From Halarcobacter sp. (lineage in GTDB: Bacteria; Campylobacterota; Campylobacteria; Campylobacterales; Arcobacteraceae), in contig CP182352.1 in assembly GCA_048571215.1 (NCBI GenBank), positions 2,048,001-2,112,000 on the forward strand: a stretch of 64,000 nt of DNA. Direction: 5' to 3'. The notes beneath the pieces are model-generated. The model saw only the letters and a program-made list of their open reading frames with translations, did not search any database and was not told the origin of the DNA. The translations under genes and the position numbers were made by a program. Positions 22,509 to 32,453 of the stretch are shown piece after piece. Within the stretch, counting starts at the first letter, position 1. Each line of letters opens with the position of its first letter.

Positions 22509-23234
22509 TTACCTAATATACTTACTTTTAATAAACTTAACAATTATTTCACTAGCTTCCTCAACTGAAAGATTATCACTAGCTATAATTATCTCAGCAT
22601 GTTGTGGTTCTTCATACACATCATTTACACCAGTAAAGTTTTTATACTCACCAGCGAGTGCTTTCTCATATTTTCCTGATTTATCTCTTTTTTTACAAGT
22701 CTCTATATCAGCTTTTACATATACAACTATATTGTTTTTAACCATTTCTCTTATAGCTTTTCTTGACTCTTTATATGGAGATACAAAAGAAGCTACTGTT
22801 GAAATAGAATTGTTTTGAAGTGTTTTAATAAGATGTCCAACCCTATGCATATGTCTATTTCTATCTTCTCTACTATATCCAATATCTGGGATTAAGTCTC
22901 TTACATCTTTACTATCTATTCTCTCAATAGGTATATCTAACTTTTCTAACTCTTTAAAAACTGCATCTGCAATTGTTGTTTTACCTGAAAGAGGAAGTCC
23001 GGTAAACCACAAGTTAAATGGTTCTATTCTTTTTCTTCCCCACTTTACTTTAAACCAAGCTCGTTCATGAGCCCAATAAAGCCCAACTTTTAAGATAGTT
23101 TCAATAAGTCCAGCAGCAATTGCTAAGTCTAATCTTCCGAAAAAGACATAAACAATTATAATAGTTGTTGTTGTTGCAACTGCTCTCCATGAAATACCTT
23201 TTACTATTGATCTTATATTTGTATCTTTGTACAT
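22509..23234 (-). CDS. DUF2061 membrane domain fused to an adenylyl-sulfate kinase-like domain
   Basis: N-terminal RSIVKGISWR...YWAHERAW (DUF2061), then WFTGLPLSGKTT...FVSPY...NFTGVNDVYEEP (CysC fold). Confidence 0.85.
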   Translation of the reverse strand: MYKDTNIRSIVKGISWRAVATTTTIIIVYVFFGRLDLAIAAGLIETILKVGLYWAHERAWFKVKWGRKRIEPFNLWFTGLPLSGKTTIADAVFKELEKLDIPIERIDSKDVRDLIPDIGYSREDRNRHMHRVGHLIKTLQNNSISTVASFVSPYKESRKAIREMVKNNIVVYVKADIETCKKRDKSGKYEKALAGEYKNFTGVNDVYEEPQHAEIIIASDNLSVEEASEIIVKFIKSKYIR

Positions 23235-23237
23235 TTA

Positions 23238-24692
23238 TTATATAACCTTACAACCCCACTCAGGGAAGTTTTCTCTAATATAAGCATTTAATGCAATCTC
23301 AGCTTGTGTATATTCTTTTTGTGGAACAGTCTCTTCTGAACTTTGAACACTATCTATAATCATACCAGCACCAACAGTTGAGTTTGTATATCTATCTATG
23401 ATAATAAAACTTCCTGTATGTCTATTTTCATTATATGGATCAACTGCAATTTGTCTATCTAGTGATAATGTACATTTTGCAATATCATTTAACTCTAAAG
23501 AGTTAGTTGCTAGCTCTTCAAATGTATTTACTTCTTTTTTATACTCTATTGATTTAAATGTACCATTGATAACAGAAGTTGCTCTTTTAATAATATAATT
23601 ACTATTAAGTTCAAGCTTTTTCTCATCCATCCAAACAACCATCACTTCAAGCTTATTTGATACTTGTGGGATAGAGTTTGATTTTACAATCATATCACCT
23701 CTACTGATATCTATCTCATCTTTTAGTGTAATAGTTGTAGCCATTGGTGCAAAGGCTGTTTCTATAGTTTCAACTGTTTCATCTTTTCCTATTGGTCTTA
23801 AATCTTTAATCTCATTTGAAACAATAGATTTTACAACTGAAGTTTTACGTGAAGGTAAAATTGTAATCTCATCACCTACACTAATACTTCCACTTGCAAT
23901 TGTTCCAGAAAATCCTCTAAAGTTTAGATGAGGTCTTGATACATATTGAACTGGTAATCTAAAATCATGATTTTCAGCTTTATGAATATCAATAGTATCT
24001 AATAATTCCATAAGTGGAAGACCTTTATACCAAGTTGATTTTGGTGAATTTGTAAGGATATTATCTCCATCTAATGCAGAGATTGGGATATACTCAAAAT
24101 TGATATCTTCATTATGTGGAAGATTAGGAATAATTGTTTCATAATCTTTTTTTATCTCTTCAAATCTATCTTTGCTAAAATCAACCAAATCCATTTTATT
24201 TATAGCAACAATAAGATTTTTAATCCCAAGAAGAGAAGCTATAAAAGAGTGTCTTTTTGTTTGTGTTAAAACCCCTTGTCTTGCATCAATTAAGATAATA
24301 GCCACATCAGCTGTACTAGCACCCGTTGCCATATTTCTTGTGTATTGTTCATGTCCTGGAGTATCTGCTATGATAAATTTTCTTTTTTCAGTTGAAAAGA
24401 ATCTATAAGCAACATCAATAGTAATACCTTGTTCTCTCTCACTAGCTAATCCATCAACTAAAAGTGCTAAGTCAATTTTATCTCCAGTGGTTCCACTTTT
24501 TTTACTATCTTTTTCAATTGCAGCTAATTGGTCTTCAAAAATCATTTTTGAATCATAAAGTAATCTTCCTATTAGAGTACTTTTCCCATCATCAACTGAA
24601 CCACATGTTATAAATCTTAGTATCTCTTTATTTTCATGTTCTTTTAAATATTGTTCAATATTCTCAGCTATTAAATCTGATTGGTGTGCCAT
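23238..24692 (-). CDS. cysN: Sulfate adenylyltransferase subunit 1
   Basis: TCGSVDDGKSTLIGRLL, EREQGITIDVAYR, DTPGHEQYTRNM and NKMD. Confidence 0.97.
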   Translation of the reverse strand: MAHQSDLIAENIEQYLKEHENKEILRFITCGSVDDGKSTLIGRLLYDSKMIFEDQLAAIEKDSKKSGTTGDKIDLALLVDGLASEREQGITIDVAYRFFSTEKRKFIIADTPGHEQYTRNMATGASTADVAIILIDARQGVLTQTKRHSFIASLLGIKNLIVAINKMDLVDFSKDRFEEIKKDYETIIPNLPHNEDINFEYIPISALDGDNILTNSPKSTWYKGLPLMELLDTIDIHKAENHDFRLPVQYVSRPHLNFRGFSGTIASGSISVGDEITILPSRKTSVVKSIVSNEIKDLRPIGKDETVETIETAFAPMATTITLKDEIDISRGDMIVKSNSIPQVSNKLEVMVVWMDEKKLELNSNYIIKRATSVINGTFKSIEYKKEVNTFEELATNSLELNDIAKCTLSLDRQIAVDPYNENRHTGSFIIIDRYTNSTVGAGMIIDSVQSSEETVPQKEYTQAEIALNAYIRENFPEWGCKVI

Positions 24693-24713
24693 AAAATTCT
24701 ACTCCATTAAATT

Positions 24714-24748
24714 TTTAGTATTCAGTACTCAGAGTTCAGTGTTCAGAA
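24714..24748. repeat. Degenerate 7-bp tandem array (YTCAGTR family), downstream arm of the four-helix-bundle remnant
   Basis: + strand: TTTAGTA TTCAGTA CTCAGAG TTCAGTG TTCAGAA. Confidence 0.85.
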
Positions 24749-24898
24749 CTATGAGTTTATTTTTTGTTGTAAACCAACAATCATTTTTAGTATCTCTTCA
24801 ATCTCTTTTTTCCAAGATAAACCTATTTGTTTCTCTATATATGATATTTCTATACCTATATAGATTTGTGTTATGAGTTCAGCAGAAGATTCTTTGCC
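24749..24898 (-). pseudogene. C-terminal remnant of a four-helix-bundle (23S rRNA IVS / Avd-like) protein gene
   Basis: Manual translation: GKESSAELITQIYIGIEISYIEKQIGLSWKKEIEEILKMIVGLQQKINS*. This matches the family C-terminal pattern (KG)SxxELxTQxYIxxEIGYI...E..EI.KML. No start codon, and the N-terminal part is missing. Confidence 0.8.
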
Positions 24899-24932
24899 TC
24901 TGAATTCTGATTACTAAACTCTGAACACTATT
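24898..24932. repeat. Degenerate 7-bp tandem array, inverted relative to 24714-24748
   Basis: + strand: CTCTGAA TTCTGAT TACTAAA CTCTGAA CACTATT (reverse-complement type of YTCAGTR/TTCAGAG). Confidence 0.85.
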
Positions 24933-24944
24933 TTTAGTCTTTGA

Positions 24945-25886
24945 CTAAAAATACCCCTCTTGTTTTTTCTTCTCCATTGATGCTTCACCATCACTATCTA
25001 TAAGTCTTCCTTGTCTCTCACTAGTTGTACAAATCAACATCTCTTGAATAATCTCAGGGAGTGTTGTTGCTTCACTATTTACTGCACCTGTTAAGGGATA
25101 ACAACCTAGTGTTCTAAATCTAACTTTCTCTTTTTTTGCAGTTTTTCGCAATTCTTCAGGCATTCTATCATCATCAACCATGATTTTTGTGCCCATATAT
25201 TCTACTACTTCACGCTCTTTTGAGAAGTATAAATCAGGAATAGAAATCTCTTCTATATAGATATATTGCCAGATATCAAGTTCTGTCCAGTTTGATATTG
25301 GAAAAACTCTAATAGATTCACCTTTTGTGTGTCTTCCATTATATATATTCCATAACTCTGGTCTTTGGTTTTTTGGATCCCATCTATGGTTTTCATCTCT
25401 AAAAGAGTAGATTCTCTCCTTTGCTCTTGATTTCTCTTCATCCCTTCTTGCTCCACCAAATACTGCATCAAATTTTTGCATATCTAGCATTTGTTTTAGA
25501 CCTTCAGTTTTCATAATATCAGTATGAACAGCACTTCCATGAGTAAAAGGGGAGATATTCATCTCTAAACCTTTTGGATTAGAATAAACAATAAGTTCCA
25601 TTCCAACTTCTTTTGCACGTCTATCTCTAAACTCTATCATCTCTTTAAACTTCCAAGTTGTATCAACATGTACTAATGGAAGGGGTGGAGGAGCTGGATA
25701 AAAGGCTTTTTGTAATATGTGTAGCATTACAGAAGAATCTTTTCCTACTGAGTACAGCATTGCTGGGTTTTGAAACTCTGCTATTACTTCTCTCATTATA
25801 TGTATTGATTCTGCTTCTAGCTGTTTTAAATGGGTAAGTCGATTAGCACTTAATCTTAAGTGCTCAGTGCTCAGTTTTTTTTTCAA
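24945..25886 (-). CDS. cysD: Sulfate adenylyltransferase subunit 2
   Basis: [46 protein letters not shown] and KKQEGYF. TTG start. Confidence 0.97.
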   Translation of the reverse strand: MKKKLSTEHLRLSANRLTHLKQLEAESIHIMREVIAEFQNPAMLYSVGKDSSVMLHILQKAFYPAPPPLPLVHVDTTWKFKEMIEFRDRRAKEVGMELIVYSNPKGLEMNISPFTHGSAVHTDIMKTEGLKQMLDMQKFDAVFGGARRDEEKSRAKERIYSFRDENHRWDPKNQRPELWNIYNGRHTKGESIRVFPISNWTELDIWQYIYIEEISIPDLYFSKEREVVEYMGTKIMVDDDRMPEELRKTAKKEKVRFRTLGCYPLTGAVNSEATTLPEIIQEMLICTTSERQGRLIDSDGEASMEKKKQEGYF

Positions 25887-25898
25887 ATATATTCCTTT

Positions 25899-26717
25899 TT
25901 ACTTTACTATAAACCAGGGGTTTAAAAGATTAGCTTTGTTATAAACAACAGCTTGCTCTAATATTGAATTTTCAATATTGAATTTTGAATGAAACTGATA
26001 AGCCAGTTTACCACTTTCTCTTACTATTGCATCTGCTGCTGCTGTATCCCACTCCATAGTAGGAGCAAGTCTTGGGTAAATATCAGCTTCACCAGTTGCT
26101 ACCATGCAAAGTTTAAGGCTAGAGCCTTTTGAAACTAGTATTAAGTGTTCAGTTTTTAGTGCTAAGTTATCTATGAAGTTTTGTGTTTCTATAGAAAGGT
26201 GTGATTTACTTGCTACTACTGAAATATTTTCTTTTATATCATTATTTGTATAAATTGGAAGCTTTTCTTTACTGAGAACTGAATACTGAGTACTGATAAC
26301 TTCTTTAAATGCCCCATCACCTTTTTTTGCATAATACATATCACCTAAAGCTGGTGCATATACTACACCTAAAATAGGAGTGTTTTTATATATCAAGGCA
26401 ATATTTACTGTAAACTCATCATTTTTTTTAATAAACTCTTTTGTGCCATCTATTGGATCTATACAAAAGTAGTATTCCCAGTCTTTTCTTATACTATATT
26501 CTGTTTGCTTATTCTCTTCACTCATCAACGGAATCTCTGGATACAATCTATTTAACTCAAAACATATTAATTGGTTTGATTTAGTGTCAGCTTCAGTTAA
26601 AGGTGATTTATCATCCTTATACTCAACACTAAAATCTCTTTTATAAATATCCATTATCAAACTACCAGCTTTTAAAGCAATCTTTTTTATATCTTCAATA
26701 TTTATCTTCTCTATCAA
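25899..26717 (-). CDS. cysQ: 3'(2'),5'-bisphosphate nucleotidase CysQ
   Basis: SPLTEAD, IDPIDGTKEF, VASKSH, GSSLK and PTMEWDTAA. Confidence 0.95.
   Translation of the reverse strand: MIEKINIEDIKKIALKAGSLIMDIYKRDFSVEYKDDKSPLTEADTKSNQLICFELNRLYPEIPLMSEENKQTEYSIRKDWEYYFCIDPIDGTKEFIKKNDEFTVNIALIYKNTPILGVVYAPALGDMYYAKKGDGAFKEVISTQYSVLSKEKLPIYTNNDIKENISVVASKSHLSIETQNFIDNLALKTEHLILVSKGSSLKLCMVATGEADIYPRLAPTMEWDTAAADAIVRESGKLAYQFHSKFNIENSILEQAVVYNKANLLNPWFIVK
26134..26297. repeat. Pair of inverted 7-bp arrays inside cysQ (26134-26168 and 26270-26297)
   Basis: ACTAGTA TTAAGTG TTCAGTT TTTAGTG CTAAGTT, and TACTGAG AACTGAA TACTGAG TACTGAT. Confidence 0.75.
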
Positions 26718-26757
26718 CTTATCCCTTTCATATTTTCAAATAACTAATAACTATTTA

Positions 26758-27381
26758 CTAAATAGCATAATCGTTTTCATCACCTTGTATATATCCATAT
26801 TTTATCAAATGAGTCACTACCAATTCTGCACATTGTTGAATTGTATGCTTGTTGGTTTCTATATGTATTTGTGGGGCTTCGGGAGCTTCATAAGGAGAAT
26901 CTATCCCTGTGAAATTTTTGATAGCACCTTCTCTTGCTTTTTTATATAATCCTTTAGGATCTCTACTTTCACAAATTTCAAGTGGAGTATCAATAAATAC
27001 TTCAATAAATTCATCATATCTAACTAAGCTTCTAGCAATTTGTCTATCTGATTTAAAAGGACTAATAAAAGCTGTCAAAGTTATTAGACCACTATCAACA
27101 AAAAGTTTACTAACCTCTCCAATTCTTCTAATATTTTCTATTCTATCAATTTCTGAAAAACCCAAATCCTTATTTAAACCATGCCTTACATTATCCCCAT
27201 CAAGAAGATATGTTTTAATACCTCTTTTGAAAAGCTCAACTTCAACAGCATTTGCAATAGTAGATTTTCCTGAGCCACTTAATCCTGTAAACCATAAAAT
27301 GCATGGTTTTTGATTAAGTAAACTTAGCCTTTTTTCTTTTGTTATATGTTGTTCATGCCAAACTATATTTTCATCTTTCAA
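26758..27381 (-). CDS. cysC: Adenylyl-sulfate kinase
   Basis: [39 protein letters not shown] and FTGIDSPYE. Confidence 0.97.
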   Translation of the reverse strand: MKDENIVWHEQHITKEKRLSLLNQKPCILWFTGLSGSGKSTIANAVEVELFKRGIKTYLLDGDNVRHGLNKDLGFSEIDRIENIRRIGEVSKLFVDSGLITLTAFISPFKSDRQIARSLVRYDEFIEVFIDTPLEICESRDPKGLYKKAREGAIKNFTGIDSPYEAPEAPQIHIETNKHTIQQCAELVVTHLIKYGYIQGDENDYAI

Positions 27382-27580
27382 TACTTTCCTTTAATAGTAA
27401 ATTATTCAAAACTTAACCAATAATTCCATTATGATAATTCGTGCAATTATAATAAAAACAAGCTTATAAACATAATTTATACCTATCATAAATAACTTTT
27501 TATAAAATTTATTAGTAATAATTATACAAGTTAAGTATTATTTTTATATAATAATGTCAATTTATCAAGGTAAGGATATC

Positions 27581-28507
27581 ATGTTAATTTTAGGTAAAAA
27601 ATACAAGTTTACAAAATTTGAAAAGCAAAGACTAAAGAAAAGAAATATAAAAACAACAGTTATACGTTATATAGATAGAGATTCAAAAGATGTATTAAAA
27701 GAGATAAAAGAAACTATTGAAAAAAAAGATTGTAAAACTATTGTACTAAATACTAAAATAGCAATTGATGATGAAATCATAAAATATCTTACAAACTTAC
27801 AATTCAAAGAAAATGTAGCCATGATTAGTATAGAAAAATTTATGGAAAAATATCTTCAAAAATGTTATATTCCAGATGATCATATGAATTTAAGCTACCT
27901 AGAAAATATAAAACCTTTTAATAGTTTTGAGTATATTCAAAAAAGAATTATAGACTATATGGGAGCTATTATACTACTTCTTATATCTTGGCCTGTACTT
28001 TTATATGCAAGAAACAAAATCAAAAAACAATCCCCTGGAACTAGTATGTTCAAACAAAAAAGAGTAGGACTAAATAACAAAGAATTTAAGTGTATAAAAT
28101 TTAGGTCTATGAGACTAGATGCAGAAAAAGATGGTGCACAATTTGCTTCTACAAATGACCCAAGAATTTTTGCTTGGGGTGAAACTATGAGAAAGACAAG
28201 AATAGATGAAATACCCCAAATATTAAATGTCCTAAAAGGTGAGATGCATTTCATAGGACCAAGACCTGAAAGAAGATACTGGATAGAGCAGTTTGAAAAA
28301 GAAATACCATACTACAATGAAAGACATCTTGTAAGACCTGGAATCACTGGATGGGCACAAGTGATGTATCCATATGGAGCAAATGCAGAAGATGCAAAAC
28401 AAAAGCTTATGTATGATTTATATTATATAAAATACTGGAATATTTGGTTGGAAATAAAAATAGTATGGAAGACTATTTTGATTGTTTTAAGAAAAAGAGG
28501 AATTTAA
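27581..28507 (+). CDS. Priming (polyprenyl-phosphate) sugar transferase, WcaJ/WbaP family
   Basis: KRIIDY, QKRVG, KFRSM, RIDEIPQ, GPRPE, RPGITGWAQV and YDLYYIK. AAGGA RBS before the ATG at 27581. Confidence 0.93.
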   Translation: MLILGKKYKFTKFEKQRLKKRNIKTTVIRYIDRDSKDVLKEIKETIEKKDCKTIVLNTKIAIDDEIIKYLTNLQFKENVAMISIEKFMEKYLQKCYIPDDHMNLSYLENIKPFNSFEYIQKRIIDYMGAIILLLISWPVLLYARNKIKKQSPGTSMFKQKRVGLNNKEFKCIKFRSMRLDAEKDGAQFASTNDPRIFAWGETMRKTRIDEIPQILNVLKGEMHFIGPRPERRYWIEQFEKEIPYYNERHLVRPGITGWAQVMYPYGANAEDAKQKLMYDLYYIKYWNIWLEIKIVWKTILIVLRKRGI

Positions 28508-29265
28508 TCTTTTTTCTTTCTTCTAACAAGTTGTAATACCTTTGATAATGGTTTTAATAAAAACATTAAAGGGTTTATATACAATTCATTTACGTTCCAT
28601 GCTTTATAGCTTTCAAAGTTTGCTTTTAAAATATTAGATAAATTTCGATTACTCTCTCCTCCTACTCTCATTTTTACAAATGTTTTATTAATATAAGAAG
28701 ATTTGAATTTGTAGCGTTCCAAAAAACGTAACATAATCTCATAATCAGCAGAAATCTTAAAGTCTAAATTAAAGACTCCATACTTATCATAACATTCTCT
28801 TTTTATAAAAAAAGTAGGATGTGCTGGGTGCCAACCTTTTTGAAAAAGACCATACTCGAACTCTTTTGACTTCCAATATCTAACTATTTTATCTGTGTTA
28901 TTAGCATCTACATATTCGAGGTCTCCATAAAGACAATCTATATCTTTATTTTTAAACTCTTTACTTACTATTTCTAAAATATCATTAGATTTATAAAAAT
29001 CATCACTATTTAATATCCCTACTATATCTCCAGTAGCTAGTCTTATACCTTTATTCATAGCATCATAAAGACCTTTATCTTTTTCACTAATAAATTTATC
29101 TATTTTATCTCCATAACTTTTTATTATATTTACTGTACCATCTGTACTTTCACCATCAATAATTATATATTCAATATTATCATATGTTTGTGATAAGACA
29201 GATTCTATACACTCATTTATTGTTCTTTTATTATTCCAAACAACAGTTATAATTGAAACTTTCAA
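28504..29265 (-). CDS. Glycosyltransferase family 2 (WcaE-like)
   Basis: IIDGESTDGT, SEKDKGLYDAMNKG, LNSDD, HPTFF and ADYE. Confidence 0.92.
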   Translation of the reverse strand: MKVSIITVVWNNKRTINECIESVLSQTYDNIEYIIIDGESTDGTVNIIKSYGDKIDKFISEKDKGLYDAMNKGIRLATGDIVGILNSDDFYKSNDILEIVSKEFKNKDIDCLYGDLEYVDANNTDKIVRYWKSKEFEYGLFQKGWHPAHPTFFIKRECYDKYGVFNLDFKISADYEIMLRFLERYKFKSSYINKTFVKMRVGGESNRNLSNILKANFESYKAWNVNELYINPLMFLLKPLSKVLQLVRRKKKD

Positions 29266-29267
29266 AT

Positions 29268-30413
29268 CTAATTCTCCAAAATTTTTTGATATAACTCTAA
29301 TTGTAAATTTGTCACATATTCATTTTCATATTTTTTTGACATAATAATAGCATTCTTAGATAAAAACTCATAATTTTGATAATCAAATGAATATTCAACA
29401 ATTTTTTTTAATTCATTTTTATTAACTATAAATCCATTCTCTTCATGTTTTATTAAGTCATTTCTTGTACCAATATTAAATCCTATCACTGGTGTACCTA
29501 ATGTCATAGCTTCAATAATTGTAAGTCCAAAAGTTTCATACATTAATGATGATTGAATAAGATACTTTGAACAAGATATAACTTCTAATGTTTCCTTTCT
29601 AGAAAGTTTCCCTTTAAATATAATATTATTTTTTTTATACTTTTCTTTTAATTCATTTTCCAAATCTCCACCACCAACAATATTCAAAATATATTTATTA
29701 TCTAATAATAACCATGTATCTAATAGATTATAAATACCTTTTGATTCTTCCAATCTACCAACATATACATAATTTTCTTTTTTCATACTTTTTGATTTGT
29801 TAATAAAAAGACTATTTGGTTTAAAAAGTATTTTTGATTCATCAATACCTAGTTCCATTATTTTGTATTTTTGAAATTTTGTTAAAACAAAAAAATAATC
29901 TATATTATCAAATATTTTTATTACTTTATAAAACCAAAAAACCATTTGTGTTAAAAAACTCTGAGAAAAAGACTTTCTAAAACATTTATTTCTTATTCCA
30001 GCAAACGATATTTTATTGTTTATACAATCTTCACAAATTCCAACTAAATCTCTATAAAATATCCCTGAAATGCACCACATCCTATAGTTATGTAATGTAT
30101 GAATAACCTTTGCTCCTCCATCCTTTGCTCCCTTAAACACACTTGGTGTTAACAATGGATAAAAATTATGAACATGCACTATATCAATATTATGTTCTTT
30201 TACAATTTTTTTTATATTTTTATAATGATTCCAAGAAAACCAAATATCAAATAATAACTTAAACTTATCAATTTTATCATTAGAAACTTCGTATGAAAAT
30301 ATGTTTTCTTCATTAAAATGATTTTTTAATGATTTTAATTCATTTTTATAAACTATATCTTCTCCACCAATATTTTGAGATTGATAAAAATTATGAACAA
30401 TTAAGATTTTCAA
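29268..30413 (-). CDS. Glycosyltransferase family 4
   Basis: GGED, VHVHN, HTLHNYR, YVGRLEESKG and ETFGLTIIEAMTLGTPVI. Confidence 0.92.
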   Translation of the reverse strand: MKILIVHNFYQSQNIGGEDIVYKNELKSLKNHFNEENIFSYEVSNDKIDKFKLLFDIWFSWNHYKNIKKIVKEHNIDIVHVHNFYPLLTPSVFKGAKDGGAKVIHTLHNYRMWCISGIFYRDLVGICEDCINNKISFAGIRNKCFRKSFSQSFLTQMVFWFYKVIKIFDNIDYFFVLTKFQKYKIMELGIDESKILFKPNSLFINKSKSMKKENYVYVGRLEESKGIYNLLDTWLLLDNKYILNIVGGGDLENELKEKYKKNNIIFKGKLSRKETLEVISCSKYLIQSSLMYETFGLTIIEAMTLGTPVIGFNIGTRNDLIKHEENGFIVNKNELKKIVEYSFDYQNYEFLSKNAIIMSKKYENEYVTNLQLELYQKILEN

Positions 30414-31588
30414 AATTTTTCCTTATGATTTAACTTATACAATAATATTCCAATCACAAACCCAATATATGGGAATGTTAAAGGAACACTTGTATTTAAA
30501 ATAATCATTAAATATAAAAAAAGAAACATTGCTTTAGTAAAGTTTTTTTCTGCTTGTTTAATGAGTAAAAAAAAGAAAAAGATATATATAAACCCCATAA
30601 AACCTAATTCAAAAAATATACCGCCAATGCCACTCATAATAGTTCTTGTAGGCTTAATCAATTCTGTATATGGATAATAAATTGGTAAATTTTCTGTCAA
30701 ATATAACTTAAATGAAGTAAAGCCATTAGGTAAACCATAATTATCAAAAAACCCTTTATAAGCAAAAAAAACGTGAAATAGCCTTTCACTTACACTTTCA
30801 TCTCTAGTCATTAAATATAATGGATCTTCTAAAATTCCACGCAAAACCCCATAAAATCTATTTCCTTGAAACAAATACAAATAATCAATAATAAAAAAAT
30901 AAAAACTTATTGCTCCTACTATGTATAAAATTATTGTTTTAAATTTTAAATTTAATATCCCATAAATAAATATCAAAACCAATACTAGTAAAATTGCTGT
31001 TGAAGATTTAGATAAAAAAACAACTTCAATTAAGCTGATAAAAAAAATTAATTTTACTCTATAATTTATAATAACTGAGATAAAAAATATAAATAGAGCA
31101 ACTGTACCATAATATGTTGGTTCTGGAGCTAAACCAGTAACTCCTCTTCCTCCCCCTGACCTATATCTATCTAATAAGAATGTCATAAATGACTCATCAA
31201 TAAATAATTGAACTAAGCCAACAAAAAACCACAAATATACAAAAAAGATAAATAATTTATAATTAAAACCATTATTCTTTTTTAATACAAAATATGTAGA
31301 AGAAGAAATAATAAATAATGAAAAATATCCTAAAAATGAACGAATAGATAATAATTCTATGTGAGTAATAAAAATAATTAAAAAAGCAAAAAAACTTCCA
31401 AATAATAAAATATAAGAATGATAAGGTAAACTTTTATTTTTTATTAAGATAAATATATAAGTTGAAATTATTAATGCATAAGGTGAAGTATCAATTTGTT
31501 TTGTAAACACTGACAAATATGGTACTAATATAAAAAGATAGAAAAAAAATTCTTCAAAAACTTTTCTTTTTACAATAAGATTAAACAT
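30410..31588 (-). CDS. wzy: Probable polysaccharide polymerase Wzy
   Basis: About 10 TM segments, RGVTGLAPEPTY and SVSER loop motifs, position among GT genes. Start uncertain (31588 or 31627). Confidence 0.7.
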   Translation of the reverse strand: MFNLIVKRKVFEEFFFYLFILVPYLSVFTKQIDTSPYALIISTYIFILIKNKSLPYHSYILLFGSFFAFLIIFITHIELLSIRSFLGYFSLFIISSSTYFVLKKNNGFNYKLFIFFVYLWFFVGLVQLFIDESFMTFLLDRYRSGGGRGVTGLAPEPTYYGTVALFIFFISVIINYRVKLIFFISLIEVVFLSKSSTAILLVLVLIFIYGILNLKFKTIILYIVGAISFYFFIIDYLYLFQGNRFYGVLRGILEDPLYLMTRDESVSERLFHVFFAYKGFFDNYGLPNGFTSFKLYLTENLPIYYPYTELIKPTRTIMSGIGGIFFELGFMGFIYIFFFFLLIKQAEKNFTKAMFLFLYLMIILNTSVPLTFPYIGFVIGILLYKLNHKEKF

Positions 31589-31598
31589 ACAATTAATT

Positions 31599-32453
31599 TT
31601 ATAATCGTTTCCAATTAACAGGAACAATATTTTTTGATAATTTTTGTAATTTTTTATCGTTAAACCAATTTATTGGTGCTATAACTTCTTTTGCAATATT
31701 TAAATTCATCCATGCACCCCACCAACTGAAGCTACTATTTGCAATAATATTATGATGACATAAACTCATTAAATAAATATCTTCATGTGGCAACCGTTTT
31801 TCTACAGAATCTATATAAATAAAATTATATTTTTTAAAATTATTTTGTACCCACTTTATATCATCTGAAAAAATATAATACTTGATATCACGATATTGAT
31901 TTGAAAAATATTTTATTGCATCTTCATAATATTTCAATGAACATGTCCCATGAATATTATTAGTATTATTATCTTTTATATAATCACCTCTTCTAATATG
32001 CAAAGAAATTGCTACATCACTATTTCTAATTTGTTGTTCAATCCTATAAGTATATTCTGACATCCGTTCAATCTGAACAAATTCATTCATAATATCATCT
32101 CTAAACTCTTTAAAATAATCCTCACATTGAAAATAGCCCTCAATAAACGAATTATCATTTGGACTTAAATTTTTTTCATCAAATAGCAGGTTTTTTTCTG
32201 AAATATAGTTTATAAAAGGTAGAAATGACAATTTCTTTTTTATTTTTGTAATATTTAATTTTTTTATTTCATGAATATCTGCAACTTGTAAAGAAATCTT
32301 ATACTTATCTAATACAAAACCATCATGAAGATTATAATTTGTAAAATCACTAATTACTAATTTTACATCAAATCCTCTTTTTTTCAATGCATATGCATAT
32401 GCATATTGAAACATTTGGTTTCCTAATCCTCCTATTATGTTAACTAATATCAT
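31599..32453 (-). CDS. Alpha-1,2-fucosyltransferase family (GT11)
   Basis: GGLGNQMFQYA, GYFQCE, SLHIRRGDY, IFSDD and IIANSSFSWWGAW. Confidence 0.93.
   Translation of the reverse strand: MILVNIIGGLGNQMFQYAYAYALKKRGFDVKLVISDFTNYNLHDGFVLDKYKISLQVADIHEIKKLNITKIKKKLSFLPFINYISEKNLLFDEKNLSPNDNSFIEGYFQCEDYFKEFRDDIMNEFVQIERMSEYTYRIEQQIRNSDVAISLHIRRGDYIKDNNTNNIHGTCSLKYYEDAIKYFSNQYRDIKYYIFSDDIKWVQNNFKKYNFIYIDSVEKRLPHEDIYLMSLCHHNIIANSSFSWWGAWMNLNIAKEVIAPINWFNDKKLQKLSKNIVPVNWKRL

Noticed and set aside
24714..24932. Repeats as a CRISPR array or IS terminal inverted repeats
   Set aside because: Units are 7 bp, degenerate and directly tandem, with no spacers. There are no cas genes, transposase or recognisable target-site duplication.
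22509..27381. Ordinary assimilatory sulfate-reduction operon
   Set aside because: There is no cysH, cysI/J or cysteine synthase in the window, and adjacent sulfotransferases and CysQ point to PAPS for sulfation. A dual role cannot be excluded.
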